Shown in pieces: positions 1 through 11,886 of a stretch of DNA of 64,000 nt. The position numbers and the translations under genes were made by a program. Source of the stretch: Rhynchopus sp. YZ270_cl-10 (lineage: Eukaryota); assembly GCA_964035575.1 (NCBI GenBank), contig OZ037844.1:682001-746000 (forward strand), in the 5' to 3' direction. Every line of letters starts with the position of its first letter. The first letter of the stretch is position 1. The notes below the pieces were generated by a model that worked only from the letters and a program-made list of their open reading frames with translations, did no database searches and was not told the origin of the DNA.

Positions 1-1
1 T

Positions 2-1300
2 CACGTCCACCTCTGGCAAGCCAACAAGATATCGCACAGTCTCGGTGTGTCCAAAATGTGCCGCAAGGATAAGACACGTGTCTCCTTCGTTGTCTGTGGC
101 ACACACTCGCGCACCTGCTTCGACCAACATCTTCACAATAGCGGTCTCACCGAACTGGCTAGCCAAGTGCAGAGGTGAAACCCCATTGTCACCCTCAATG
201 TCTGCACCAAACGGCAAAGGAGAACTTTCGTTCTCGCTCTTTACCTCGATGTCAGCCCCTGCATCAATGAGCACCTCCACCACATCTGCATGAACTTTCA
301 GTACCGCATTGTGCAGTGCAGTGCGGCCCCTCAGACCTCTCTGATTCACGTACACCTCAGGCAAGCTAACAAGATAGCGCACAGTCTCGGTTTGTCCAAA
401 ATATGCCGCAAGTGTAAGACATGTGTTTCCTTCATTGTCTGCGACACACACCTCCGCACCCGCTCTTACCAATATCTTCACAAGCGCAAGTTCCCCGTTC
501 TCACTTGCAAAGTGCAGAGGCGAACGACCCAAGTTGTTCTTGGCCTCGATATCTGCCCCTGCATCAATGAGCACCTTAGCCACATCGGGATACTTTCCAT
601 CCACTGCACAGTGCAGCGCAGAACAGCAGTCGGCAGCTTTGTGATTCATATCCATATTCTTCAAACCCACAAGATAGCGCACAGTCTCTGTGTGTCCATT
701 CCATGCCGCAAGTGTAAGACATGTGTCTCCTTCGTTGTCTGTGACACGCACATCCGCACCTGCTTCGACCAACATCTTCACAGTTGCGTGAAACTTGCCT
801 GAAAAGCAAGCTAAGAGCAGAGGAGAACGTCCCTTCTTGTCCTTTGTCTCGATGTCTGCCCCTGCATCAATGAGCACCTGACACACTGCAGGGTCCTCCC
901 ACATGGCTGGACAGGGTCGGCCTTTGATGCCCTTGTGCGAGTGTGGGACAAACGCAACGTTGCTGCAGACTGACTTCCAATGCTGCAAGAGGATCTCCGT
1001 GCACGCAGTGTGGTCTGCGTGGATGCACTCACTCAACAGCATCCCGAAGCCCATCTGCGTTGTCTCAACATACGGAAGAAGCCGTGCGAGGCATTCATCG
1101 TGGTTCCCTCTGCATGCCTCGTGCACAGCATCGAAGGCAACCGTTTTGCTGTCTGTGTCTGGGCTGAGCTTCTCAAGTCCCACCCGCACGGCAGTCGTGT
1201 CGCCGTTCCTGGCAGCCTCCACCAAGACCTCGTCTGCAGAAAGTGTTGTGCTGTTTGGTGCCTTCTCGTCAGGTGTGCTGTCTGCGTGTCGCTTCGACAT
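2..1300 (-). CDS. Ankyrin-repeat protein, family copy 1 (3' end runs off the window)
   Basis: ATG at 1300 (MSKRHADSTPDEKAPNSTTL...). Manual translation stays open to the window edge with repeated SPL..A..G / TCL.LAA..GHTETVRYL / TAL..A ankyrin units. Not in the ORF track because no stop lies in the window. Confidence 0.9.
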   Translation of the reverse strand, partial: MSKRHADSTPDEKAPNSTTLSADEVLVEAARNGDTTAVRVGLEKLSPDTDSKTVAFDAVHEACRGNHDECLARLLPYVETTQMGFGMLLSECIHADHTACTEILLQHWKSVCSNVAFVPHSHKGIKGRPCPAMWEDPAVCQVLIDAGADIETKDKKGRSPLLLACFSGKFHATVKMLVEAGADVRVTDNEGDTCLTLAAWNGHTETVRYLVGLKNMDMNHKAADCCSALHCAVDGKYPDVAKVLIDAGADIEAKNNLGRSPLHFASENGELALVKILVRAGAEVCVADNEGNTCLTLAAYFGQTETVRYLVSLPEVYVNQRGLRGRTALHNAVLKVHADVVEVLIDAGADIEVKSENESSPLPFGADIEGDNGVSPLHLASQFGETAIVKMLVEAGARVCATDNEGDTCLILAAHFGHTETVRYLVGLPEVDV

Positions 1301-1793
1301 GGTTTGTGAAGATGTTGAAATTCAATGTTGTGTATTTTATGCTGTTTCTTTTGTGGAGGTTGTGAGGTGAGTGGTGGGTGTCCCTGAACTGCCCCCACAG
1401 TGGAAACGGGTGGTGTGGAAGTCACCCTCCTGAGGGTGGTTCTATCTGCCTTGAGACGAGGAGGTGAGGGAGGGGGTCTGCAAGATAAAAATATCACCCA
1501 GTCTTGTTCATGTTCATAATGTATTTGCGTACCCCAACCTTGGTGGGATAGCTTATGTCCTGGGGGCTACCGCTCGTCATTCTTACCTAGGAAGTTTGGG
1601 GTGCGGTCTAACATTTCATTTCGCTATGTGCTCATCACAACATCGAAGGGATGGGAGAAAGGTGAGGTGTGGCTTCCAACATGAGATTGTGTGGGCACGT
1701 ATGGTAGGTGCGCATGAACACATCGATTGGCCTACCCGAGCCCGCTTGGTCTGAGATTATTGAGTTGCCGATAACCGCCAGGGGCAATATGTA

Positions 1794-3164
1794 TCATTGC
1801 ACAAAGACTTCCCCACCGTGCTCGAGGAGTACCTGCTCCACATCTGCATGTCCATTCCACCTCGCATAGTGCAACGCAGTATGGCCTGCAATATCTCTGT
1901 GGTTCACGTCCACCTCCCGCAAGCCCACAAGGTAACGCACAGTCTCGGTGTGTCCATGATATGCCGCTGCAAGAGCAAGACACCTCACTCCTTTGTTATC
2001 TGTGGCACACACGTCCGCACCAGCTTCGAGTAACATCTTCACAATTTCGCGTTCCCCAACCTCGCATGCACAGTGCAGAGGCGTACGTCCCACCACATCA
2101 TTCTTTGCCTCAACGTCTGCCCCTGCATCAATGAGCACCTCCACCACATCTGAGTGCGTCTGTAACACTCCGAGGTGCAGCGAAGTGAAGCCGCTGTTAC
2201 ATGACTGATTCACATCCACCTCAGGCAAGCACAAAAGATAGCGCACAGTCTCGGTCTGTCCATTCTGTGCCGCAAGAATAAGACACGTGCTTCCTACATT
2301 GTCTGTGACACACACACCCGCACCTGCTTTGACCAACATCCGCACAGCGCCGAGAGACCCGTCCCTGCTGGCTGTGAGCAGAGGCGAATATCCCTCCTCC
2401 CCCTTTGCCTCGATGTCTGCACCTGCATCAATCAGCACCTTCGCCACATCGGGGTGGTCTTCTTGACCTGCCCAGTGCAACGCAGTGTAGCCGTCAGTAG
2501 CTTTGTGATGTACATCCACCTCAGGCAAGTCCACTAGATAGCGCACAGTCTCGGTGTGTCCAAAAAATGCCGCAACCATCAGACATGTGTATCCATTGAT
2601 GTCAGCGACACACACGTCCGCACCTGCTTTGACCAACATCTTCACAACTGCGAGTGCTCCTGAACAGCAAGCCCAGTGCAGAGGAGAACGTCTCATGTCG
2701 TCCTTTGTCTCGATGTCTGCCCCTGCATCAATGAGCACCTGAAACACTGCAGGGTCCTCCCACATGGCTGGACAGGGTCGGTCTGTCTTGTCCTCCTGCC
2801 CGTGTGGGACAAACGCAACGTTGCTGCAGACTGACTTCCAATGCTGCAAGAGGACCTCCGTGCACGCAGTGTGATCTACGTGGACGTACTCACTCAGCAG
2901 CATCCCAAAGCCCATCTGCGTTGTCTCAACATACGGAAGAAGCAGTGCGAGACATTCATCGCGGTTCCCTCTGCATGCCTCGTGCACAGCATCGAAGGCA
3001 ACCGTTTTGCTGTCTGTGTCTGGGATGAGCTGCTCAAGTCCCACCTGCACGGCAGTCGTGTCGCCGTTCCTGGCAGCCTCCACCAAGACCTCGTCTGCAG
3101 AAAGTGTTGTGCTGTTTGGTGCCTTCTCGTCAGGTATACTGTCTGCATGTTGCTCCTTTGACAT
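1794..3164 (-). CDS. Ankyrin-repeat protein, copy 2 (456 aa)
   Basis: Intact ORF; ankyrin consensus (GRTPLHCAC..G..EIVKMLLEAGADV); same N-terminus as the paralogs. Confidence 0.95.
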   Translation of the reverse strand: MSKEQHADSIPDEKAPNSTTLSADEVLVEAARNGDTTAVQVGLEQLIPDTDSKTVAFDAVHEACRGNRDECLALLLPYVETTQMGFGMLLSEYVHVDHTACTEVLLQHWKSVCSNVAFVPHGQEDKTDRPCPAMWEDPAVFQVLIDAGADIETKDDMRRSPLHWACCSGALAVVKMLVKAGADVCVADINGYTCLMVAAFFGHTETVRYLVDLPEVDVHHKATDGYTALHWAGQEDHPDVAKVLIDAGADIEAKGEEGYSPLLTASRDGSLGAVRMLVKAGAGVCVTDNVGSTCLILAAQNGQTETVRYLLCLPEVDVNQSCNSGFTSLHLGVLQTHSDVVEVLIDAGADVEAKNDVVGRTPLHCACEVGEREIVKMLLEAGADVCATDNKGVRCLALAAAYHGHTETVRYLVGLREVDVNHRDIAGHTALHYARWNGHADVEQVLLEHGGEVFVQ

Positions 3165-3740
3165 GGTTTGTGAAGATGTTGATATTCAATGTTGTGTCTT
3201 TTATGCTGTTTCTTTTGTGGAAGTTGTGAGGTGAGTGGTGGGTGTCCCTGAACTGCCCTCACAGTGGAAACGGGTGGTGTGAAAATCACCCTCCTGAGGG
3301 TGGTGGTGGGAATCTATCTGCCTTGAGACGAGGAGGTGAGGGAGGGGGTCTGCAAGATAAAAATATCACCCAGTCTTGTTCATGTTCATAATGTACTTTG
3401 CGCACCCTAACCTTGGTGGGATAGCTTATGTCCTGGGGGCTACCGCTCGTCATTCTTACCTACTCACGGTACGGTACTGTTGCATGCTCTGAGCTCTGTC
3501 TTCAATAGAGGAAGTTTTGAGTACGGTATAACATTTCACCTCGCTATGTGCTCATCACATCAAAGGGATGGGAGAAAGGTGAGGTGTGGCTTCCAACATG
3601 AGATGTTGTCCGTATCCCCTTCCAGATAGGTAAGTGTTCTTTCTTTTTCTCTGGGGTGGTCAAATTTAGGACAAGCAGGAAAAACCTGTTGTGGAGAACC
3701 GGAGGATGACGTCCCCTGAACGTATGCAAGCAAGCAGGAC

Positions 3741-4871
3741 TCAATCCAAGAACCCAAACTTTTTTTTTAATGTAAACCCGTGTCTCCGTCGCTTGCGGGG
3801 TTGCAGAGATGCGGGGGCACTGCGCTCTGCAGCCACGAGGTGCTGAAGCGGCTTGCTGTTCTGCACAACCGTGGCCACAGCTCCGCCTGAGAGGTGGATC
3901 GCTTGCAGCGAATAGCACTCTGTGAGAAGCTGCCTGCCAACCTGCGTTGCTTTGCTTAGTGGAGACAGGTCTAGGGTTTCCAAACAGGCACAACCTTCGA
4001 GAAAGGAGTCGCCAACCTGCGTCACATTGCGCAGTGGAGACAAATCCAACGCCGCCAACGCTTCGCAGCCCCCTAAGAAGTAGTGCTCAATGTGAGTCAC
4101 GTTGCTCAACCCTGACAAATCCAATGCCTTCAACCCTAGGCAGCAAGCCAGGAAAGAGTCGCCAACCCGCGTCACACTGCAAAGCGAAGGCAATTCCAGT
4201 GCTGTCAACGCTTCGCAGTGTGCAATGAAGGATGGGCGAATATGAGTGACGTTCAGCCCTGATACGTCTAAAGTCTCTAACTTTACGCAACGGTAAAGAA
4301 AGAAACTGCCAACGTGCGTTACACTGCGCAGCGAAGACAAATCGAGCGCTGTCACCTCGCCGCAGTACGCCAGGAAGTGGTCATCAATTTTAGTGACACC
4401 ACCCAACCCTGAGAGGTCCAGCGTTTCTAGCGCATAGCAATCCGAGAGAAAGCTCTTCCCTATCTTCGTTACAGGCGACGCTGCGCTGAGGTCAACCTTC
4501 GTCACCAAAGTCTCCCACAAGAACCCATCCGGAATCACAGTCGCACCCACAGCCCGCAGCAGCAGGCACGCCACCTCAGCATCCCCCACGCTCTCCAGCC
4601 GCTGCTCCGTTATCTCCGTCTCACCCAACGCAAGAAGCTCTGCCACTGCATCGTACTTCTCGTTCTTGATCAACACAACTTCGTCCCCTGCACTGAGCTG
4701 CGTCATATCCGACCCCTCGTCCAGATGGTCCCCCCCGAAACTCATGTGAAAGCCGTCCTCGGGAAGCCCCACTGCAGACGCCACCTTCCGCCGGAGATGC
4801 AAAACTGTGTCATCCAGACCCACCTCGACTACGGCGGTCTCGTTGTCAAAACCCACTATGGTCACCTCCAT
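3741..4871 (-). CDS. Ubiquitin-like domain + leucine-rich-repeat protein (376 aa)
   Basis: First ~70 aa look like a beta-grasp fold (VEVGLDDTVLHLRRKVASAVGLPEDGFHMSFGG). Then ~8 repeats of ~25 aa (LDLS.L..VT.(V/I)...FL..C..L..) and a basic PRKRRRH near the C-terminus. Confidence 0.85.
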   Translation of the reverse strand: MEVTIVGFDNETAVVEVGLDDTVLHLRRKVASAVGLPEDGFHMSFGGDHLDEGSDMTQLSAGDEVVLIKNEKYDAVAELLALGETEITEQRLESVGDAEVACLLLRAVGATVIPDGFLWETLVTKVDLSAASPVTKIGKSFLSDCYALETLDLSGLGGVTKIDDHFLAYCGEVTALDLSSLRSVTHVGSFFLYRCVKLETLDVSGLNVTHIRPSFIAHCEALTALELPSLCSVTRVGDSFLACCLGLKALDLSGLSNVTHIEHYFLGGCEALAALDLSPLRNVTQVGDSFLEGCACLETLDLSPLSKATQVGRQLLTECYSLQAIHLSGGAVATVVQNSKPLQHLVAAERSAPASLQPRKRRRHGFTLKKKFGFLD

Positions 4872-5580
4872 GTTTTGTGATTTTTTTTATTTCTGCTGTT
4901 TTGTGGTTTTGTGGCTGTGGGAAAAAGAGAAATTGAGGGAATGCCGTGGGTTTCACAATATGTTTCAGAAAAGCTAACGCCGAAAGAGGACCAGTGTAGA
5001 TAAGTGTACGCTAAAAGAAAATGACAGCTTTTTTTTTTGTTGTTGCACCCAGGCTATTATTTCCTGGGCAGAAATTAAAATATTTTGATCAAAAAAAAAA
5101 CCCCCCCGCGGGGGAGGGAACTGCTCCTTTTCTGGAACAGCTAAGTGCACACTGCTTCTCTAATTCATGCAAATAATATTAACACTGCAATTAGTGATAC
5201 ACCTCCGACTGACCTAACTGCGAGGCCTGCCGTCCGGATAAAAGCACAATAGAATTTGTGCAAACGCCTCTTGTGGACACAGGCACAGGATCCACAGGGA
5301 TATCAAAGCCACGGAGGGATTCATTGGTGCACAAAATTGAGAAAAAAAAATGAAAATAAAGAGATCGCATGATGGGAGGGATGAAACGGAAAGCAGGAAG
5401 GTTCACGCACAGCTATTGTTAGCTGCATTCGGGGTGTCTCGCTTTTGTTACCGAGCCTCAGGCAGCTTGCCTGGGGCACTTCATATAAATCAAATTTTGA
5501 CATAAAATTATGGGAAAATAAAAAGCGCAATGAGAAACGTAGGAACTGATACACACACCGCCATCTCTGTCTCTTGCTTA

Positions 5581-5683
5581 CAGTAAGACAACAAACATCG
5601 GTGGGGTAAAAACCCTCCTTAGAGCTTTGAAATCCCAAAAATCCACCTTAGTTTTTATCCCACCGGTGTTTGTTGTCTTACTG
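5581..5683. mobile_element. Tc1/mariner-type MITE, copy 1
   Basis: TIRs CAGTAAGACAACAAACATCGGTGGG..., TA on both sides (5579-80, 5684-85); second copy at 56043. Confidence 0.85.
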
Positions 5684-5811
5684 TAAATAATGCCCTAAAT
5701 ATAGAGTCGTTGCTATCTTCGTAATCTTTGTAATCTTTGTTAGCTGCTAGGTCCACACTTAGTCCTATGAAATAGATACTTAACACTTGACACATGAAAA
5801 AATATCATGGG

Positions 5812-5899
5812 AGAGGAGGTTGTGGTGAAACGCTCAACACCTCGAATCTATTTGGTGAGGCGTGGGCTCTGCAGCACGGTTCGTCCCCAGAAACCGCAA
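5812..5899 (+). repeat. tRNA-like dispersed repeat, copy 1 (possible SINE head)
   Basis: Homologous to 13707-13780; A-box-like GTGGTGAAACG and B-box-like GGTTCGTCCCC. Confidence 0.4.
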
Positions 5900-6454
5900 A
5901 AACAACGGAGGGGGTCGTGAACCCACCCTGTTTTGCAGCCCCCAATATCAAGAAATGGATGTTAAAGCAAAGGGGGATAGGACGTCTGTACAGGTTTCTT
6001 AGTTGAGTTAGTCAGGCCACCTCCGCCTATGAGCAGGTGAAGACGTGTCACGAAATGCCAAAAAAAGACGGAGGATAGGGGAAAAAAAGGGCTCTAAAAA
6101 AAAAAAAACATCAAAATGTCATCCGACGACGGAGTCGGACCGACTAGTGCTGTGACGACTTTGCTTTTTTTTCCTCTTCTTTTTAGACTTTGCCGACTTT
6201 TTAAACATTGAGTCGGGTTGAATCGAAAATTGATAAGAGTCGCCAAAGTCTCCAAAGTCGGAGAAAAAAAGTGAAATTGACAGTGCAAACACCTCTGGGA
6301 CGCAGGCACGGACAAAAAAAAAAAAAAGGTGTCGAAAAATAGCAAATTTGATCTTCGGGTTTTCGAAAAAAAAAAAAGACAAATCCTATCTGAGTTAGCG
6401 ATTCTCATGCACCTCTGCTAAATACAGGGTGCATGCCGAAAAAAAAAAGAAAAA

Positions 6455-6491
6455 TTTATAAAGATGACCCTAAGCCTCTAGTGCTTAGTCA
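6455..6491. repeat. Short dispersed hairpin element, copy 1
   Basis: AAGATGA.CCTAAGC-loop-GCTTAGTCA; further copies at 41119, 47584 and 57868. Confidence 0.75.
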
Positions 6492-7087
6492 AAAAAAAGA
6501 GGAGAAAACTTCAAAAGATGGTGTGCGATTCTGGCGCACATGAATATCTTTTGGAAAAAGGTAGGACAATCGTTGGAGCATAGTTGATTGCAGGCACCTC
6601 CGACTGACCCACGTATGCCAGGCATGGATGAAAGCACAAAAAAGTAGGGTGGGAAGCTAGAGGGAACCCATTGCTCTCAAAGTCAGAGAATTCCACAGAG
6701 GAGGTCAGTAAAGACACATCAAACACACAATGCTCGATACTCTGCGCAAGAATTACCCCTTCAGAGCTAGACACAACACACATAGCGAATGTTTGTTGTT
6801 CTCCTCTTGAAAAACTATCAACATTTTGCTTTTTCAACACACACATCTTTTCAAAAAGGGAAATATGTTGTACAAAAAAAAATACGCAACGCAGAGAGCT
6901 TTGCAATGTCTTGAACCCCCCCGCACACCCCCCTCCCCTTTTCCCCGCTAAATAAAATCTATTTTTTTTTTTTTTTGTTGGAGCAGTGTATTGCCTCGGT
7001 TGTGTTGCCACAGTTTTGCAAATCTCCACTTTTTTTTTTTGATAAATCAGTTAATTTGCCTACTATTTTTGAACAAAAATACCACCA

Positions 7088-10000
7088 TCAGAGGAGATGA
7101 ACTTCACTAGTACTCTTGAGAGAATGCAGCTCCACAAGCTCATTGTCCGCTTCATCGTCTGTGTTCGGCGACGCTTCTTCTGGACCCTTATTGAAGGTGA
7201 GGCTTGGCGTCCCAATGAGGGCACCGTCGTCCAGCTCCTCGACCGAAAGGTGAGCGTCTGGACCTGCATCCTCACGCTGTACAGGGTAGAAACACTTCTT
7301 CTTTGAACCTGCACGGAGAAACACCCTGTTCAAGGCTTGGTTGTACGAGTCCAGCCCATGCCCACCCAAGTCCGACACACCCATGATCTTCGTCGGTTGA
7401 AACGTCTTTTCCACCCACGTCGGCTCAACAAGAAGCGTCCCCCTCCTATCAATGCAGACCTCGCGCCCAACGTGATAGTTGCAGAGCGTGCCTGATACGT
7501 GGACGCTGTGGTTTGTTTTGGGGGGGTTTTTGTTGGGAAAAAAAAACAAGTAATTGCTATCGGAAAAAAAACGGGGTGTGATGTGGAACTCCATCCTGTA
7601 GAAATAATCTACAACACGCCCAGCATTCTGCTCTTCTGCAGGTATGCTAACGCTCTTCGTACGCTGCCAGACCCACTGGGACGCCAGCATCTGAAACGTT
7701 CAAGAAGAGGGGGCTGTCCTCTTCGTCCAGCACCATCTGCTCGATAGCGTCGTTGGACGTCGGCTCGGCAGGCTCGGCGTGTTCCAGCTCGTTTTTGTCC
7801 ACAGGCTCCCCACATTGTCGTCGTCGTTGGAGCAGTGCGGAAGGAACACAGAATGCACAGACTACAACACATCGATCACACCAGGCACATCAGCACCTCC
7901 AGCAAATCGCCAGGATGCTACGGTGGTTTCGAAAAGCGCGCGGAGTTTTCCACAGCACACCCCGCTTTTTTCTTAGCAATTACTTGTCCTTGTTGTTATT
8001 GTTGTTTTCAACCACCTTCCTTCAACCCTTGTAGGATCAGTTGTTATTTTTTTCGCGAAAACATGAAATTACACATTTCAAGAGAACAAATTAAAAAGGG
8101 TCCTTATTTGCATTTTTGGGCTCCGCCCGTGCAGTGGTGGGGTCAATCTCAAAAATTGGACAATTTTTTGACCACTTAAATTTTGAGAAATATGAGCCCG
8201 GTTGCTTATACGTGGGGCCCATTTTCGGCTAAAATTTTCCTCAAAATCTGGTTTTGTAAAATTGACCCTTTACTCCCCCCCCCCACATCGATTTCAATAC
8301 TATACCTTACTTCACCTACGGTTGCCCTTACAGGGGGGGTGAAGGAAGGTAAGTTGAAAACGTATAATGTTGATTCTAAAATGGGGTAATCCAGGGGGTT
8401 TATACCGGCTGCCAGACTGAAGAAAACAGGGGGGGGTTTTTTAGGAAAGTTTATTTGAAATACAACAACCCGCTAATGAATGCAGTACTAACATCCATTT
8501 CGGTGGTTTACATCATCATGAACCTCCTCTCTTAGTCACCTTAGAAAATAAAGAAAACCAAAAACATACACAGGATCGTATTCATAAACGAGACAGAAGG
8601 TGTTCGGAACGGTGTGATCATAGGCACGCTTGAATGCACGGTTGCCGAGCTTCGGTACTCCAAAGGTGTATGCCACTGCCTCTATCCCTCTACGCTTCTT
8701 GAGTGAATACGCACAGAGGCAGGCAAGCGCACCGCCGAGGGAGTGCCCTGTCACGTAGAAGTGGGGGGACACATTCCCGGGGAACTCCTGAAGGACACGG
8801 TCCACGGTGCCGAGCACGACGTCACGGAGGGGAAGCTGTTGCAAGGGTCCGCGGATGTTGTGGCCGCCGCCTGGCTTTTCCCACATATCCATGAACCCAC
8901 GGTGCAGCAGCGGCTGCGCGCAGCACCCAAATCTGAGATGCTGGCTTCCCCAATTTGCAGCCTCTCCCATCGCGTCGTATACCTGCCTCGTAAAGCGTAA
9001 GTCTGACACAAGGTTGAATTTCGAAAACCTATTGTCACTTCCTCTAAACGAAATATAAACGCGATTCCGTTTTGTGTCAATCCCAATAAAAACGCGAGTC
9101 CCTGCAAGCTCGATGACGTCATACAACCGGACACCTAATGCCTGCAGATCTGTCTTCGGAGGGTTCAACAGCGGGTCACTCTCTGGGGTGGGTGTGGTGT
9201 TGCGTTTGAGGGCTTCGCGACGCAGCTTCTCCTGGTCGGTTGTGATCCATGGGGAGTTGGGCCGCTCGGCTTCTGGATCGAGGTCGGTGAGGGAGCCCTT
9301 TGAGGACCGGAACGTTCCTGCTAGCTTGTCATCGTCGTCCTGCGTTTCGAAGAGCATTGGTGGTGGTGCGTGGGTCAGACCGGTCGCAATCGCCGCTGCC
9401 GCCCCTGCAAGCGAGACAGAAAAGTACGCACAATACTGCCGTGTCAACGACCACCCAAAGGAGTTCGGCGACTGAATCGCCTGGTTGAAGTCCTCCTCCC
9501 CAGGCTGGTAGTACACTGCATACGAAAGGTCTGCACAAATTGACGCTGTTTCTGCGCAAAAGAACAACCGTTTCGCACCGCCATCTGCACGGACCAAGCC
9601 GTAGGCACCCCCAGACCCCCAATTCAAGAGCCCCGATCCCCACCCTCCGGCCCGTTTGTTTTCGCGAAGCTGTGCGCCAAAGTCTAATCCAAATCCGATG
9701 TTTTCGGGGGAAACCCAACGCCCCGCACAACCAGGGTCAGTCGTCGAGAGGAAGGTCCCGTCTAGGAGCTGATACCATCCGTGCCTGATGGAGGAGGAGG
9801 AGGAGGAGCTGGTTGAGGACGAGGCATTGAGGTGGTGCGCACGCTGGTCTTCGAGGGCTTCCGCATCGTTGAGGGAGGGCGACGTTGTGCCGTGGCCGTG
9901 CGCACCTTTGTACGGTATTGCCTTCACCTCTGAGTGGGGGAGCACATAGCCAAATATCTCTGAGGAATGACACGGCGACACACGCGTCGGCCACCCTGCC

Positions 10001-11886
10001 TCCGAGGTGCAGCTGACAAGCAGAAGCTGCTCGGGGACAGCGCGCTGCAGGGCATCGAATGCGTGCTGCTCGCTCTCCTCCACAAAGTAGTAGAGTGTGC
10101 TGCCGTGCTCGACGAGCCATGTGTACCACGAATCGGGCCACCTACAACGCCTCCACCGTGGGTGCTCCCAACACGGCTCGCCAGGTAGGGGCGGCATTTC
10201 TTCTGTCCTCGGATTCGCGGGGGCAAACTGATACACCGTCGCAAAGGTGAACACACTGCACAACAAAATCGTCCCCGTCTCGTCGGCGCTCTTATACACC
10301 ATTTGGTACTTCCCGATCACAGACCAATACAGTATCTGGCACACCATACGAGACAACGCATAGGTCCATACCATAAACACCAAAGATCGGAACGTCAGCT
10401 GTTGTCTCCGTGAAGGTCCATAAGGAACCTTACGAAGCCACTGTTTGACACGTTGTGTCTCGATGATGGCCCAGAAGAACCACAAAAAGGTGAGAAACAG
10501 ACCAAAAATGTAGAGAAATCCAAGAAAAACGCTGAGATGTTGGACCTGCGTATTGAGCACCCACCCCACGTAGGTTGATGTATAGTCAGACGACGGGCCT
10601 TTGTAGACGACAGCAACAAGAAGGTCGCAGGTCACCATGGCTGCAACCCATATCCTCCAAAAGTGTGTCCGGAAGCAGACAACGCATGCAGAGAAAAATG
10701 AGTCCGGTGGGGTCGGATCGATCTGTTCCCCCCGCATGCCCATGACGATTGTGATGTACATATACTGGATAAGAATTGTGAAGAACGTTGCTGCATGGAA
10801 TTCAATGAACTCCAACACATTTTCGAGCAACGTTAATGAGGTGCTTACCCGCAAAATCGTCGACAAAAACGCGATCGGATTGAGATACGCAACAAGCGAC
10901 AACAGCAGCCACGGCACCCACCGCACCTCTGGCGGCGGATCGATCGCTCCGCGCGCATTCCGGATCGCTTCAAGACGCCGACGATACCAGAAAAAGACGT
11001 AGCTCGCTATCGCAAGAAGCGTCAATCTGACCGATAGGTCCACCGCTGTGTACACCCCGGTCTGAAACTCTAGCGTGAGCACCATATTATCTGTGATCGG
11101 CGACGTCAAGGGGATTGTATTGTTGATTGCCACCTCATCAAGAAAACGCTCATGCCCATCGAATTGATACGTTCTTGTCAACTGGCTTACCTTCACGATG
11201 ATCTTCTTCCTTTTCAACCCTGATGCCATGATCCGTATCGGTGGTGTGATACACTCTCGCGTGACTCTACAACCACTCAAATCGATGATTCTCGTATGCG
11301 ACAACGCTACTTCATCTTGGTCCGTCACTACAGTTTGCGTTAACCGCACTATCCCATATGAAAGGTCTTGTACAGCTTCTTCAAATGCACGTCGTTCGGA
11401 GTGTCGTGTAAACAGAATCTTTTCGTCGTGAAGGTCGGAGACGTTGAGAGGAAGAACCGAGTCATTCGCAAAGATTGTGTCTTCCAGAGAGTGGATGACC
11501 CATGAATCGTAGGAGGGGATCGAGATGGAGAGGTGCATGAAGCGGTTTAGCCAATGCAGTTCGCTGATGTCGCCGGTCCAGACGACGGCAGTGAGATTGT
11601 CGTGGAGAAGGGTGTCGTCAGTGTATGTGTCCGGGGTGGTGTCGGTGGCGCTTAGTTCTTGCATGCAAGAAGGGTGGGCGGTGTCGCAGACCCCTCTGCT
11701 CTCCCACATATTTGTGTAGTCGAAGAGCGTGACGCAAGTGCCAAGCACGATGGCGACATAAATCAACAAAAAATGCCGCTTCGCAGCCTCGCCATTCAAA
11801 GTCTCCAACAACGTCAAAATCGGCTGTCTGTGGCGGTCCGCATTGAGGGAGTACTGCTCTCGTACTGGAGAGACGACAGCATGCAT
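7088..11886 (-). CDS. Multi-pass membrane protein (TMEM181/Wntless-like region) fused to a class-3 lipase. Predicted exons 11886-8570, 8416-8406, 7491-7088.
   Basis: Several hydrophobic helices; lipase motifs ISFRGS, HRGF, VTGHSLGGALA and YTFGVPKLGN. GTATGT donor at 8569. The last exon supplies NYHVGREV and GHGLDSY (putative catalytic His). Start placed at the first true ATG (MHAVV). Confidence 0.8.
7547..7986. mobile_element. Degenerate inverted-repeat element inside the lipase intron
   Basis: 7547-7592 (CAAGTAATTGCTA...CGGGGTGTGATGTGGAACTCC) is the imperfect reverse complement of 7942-7986. No clear TSD. Confidence 0.55.
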
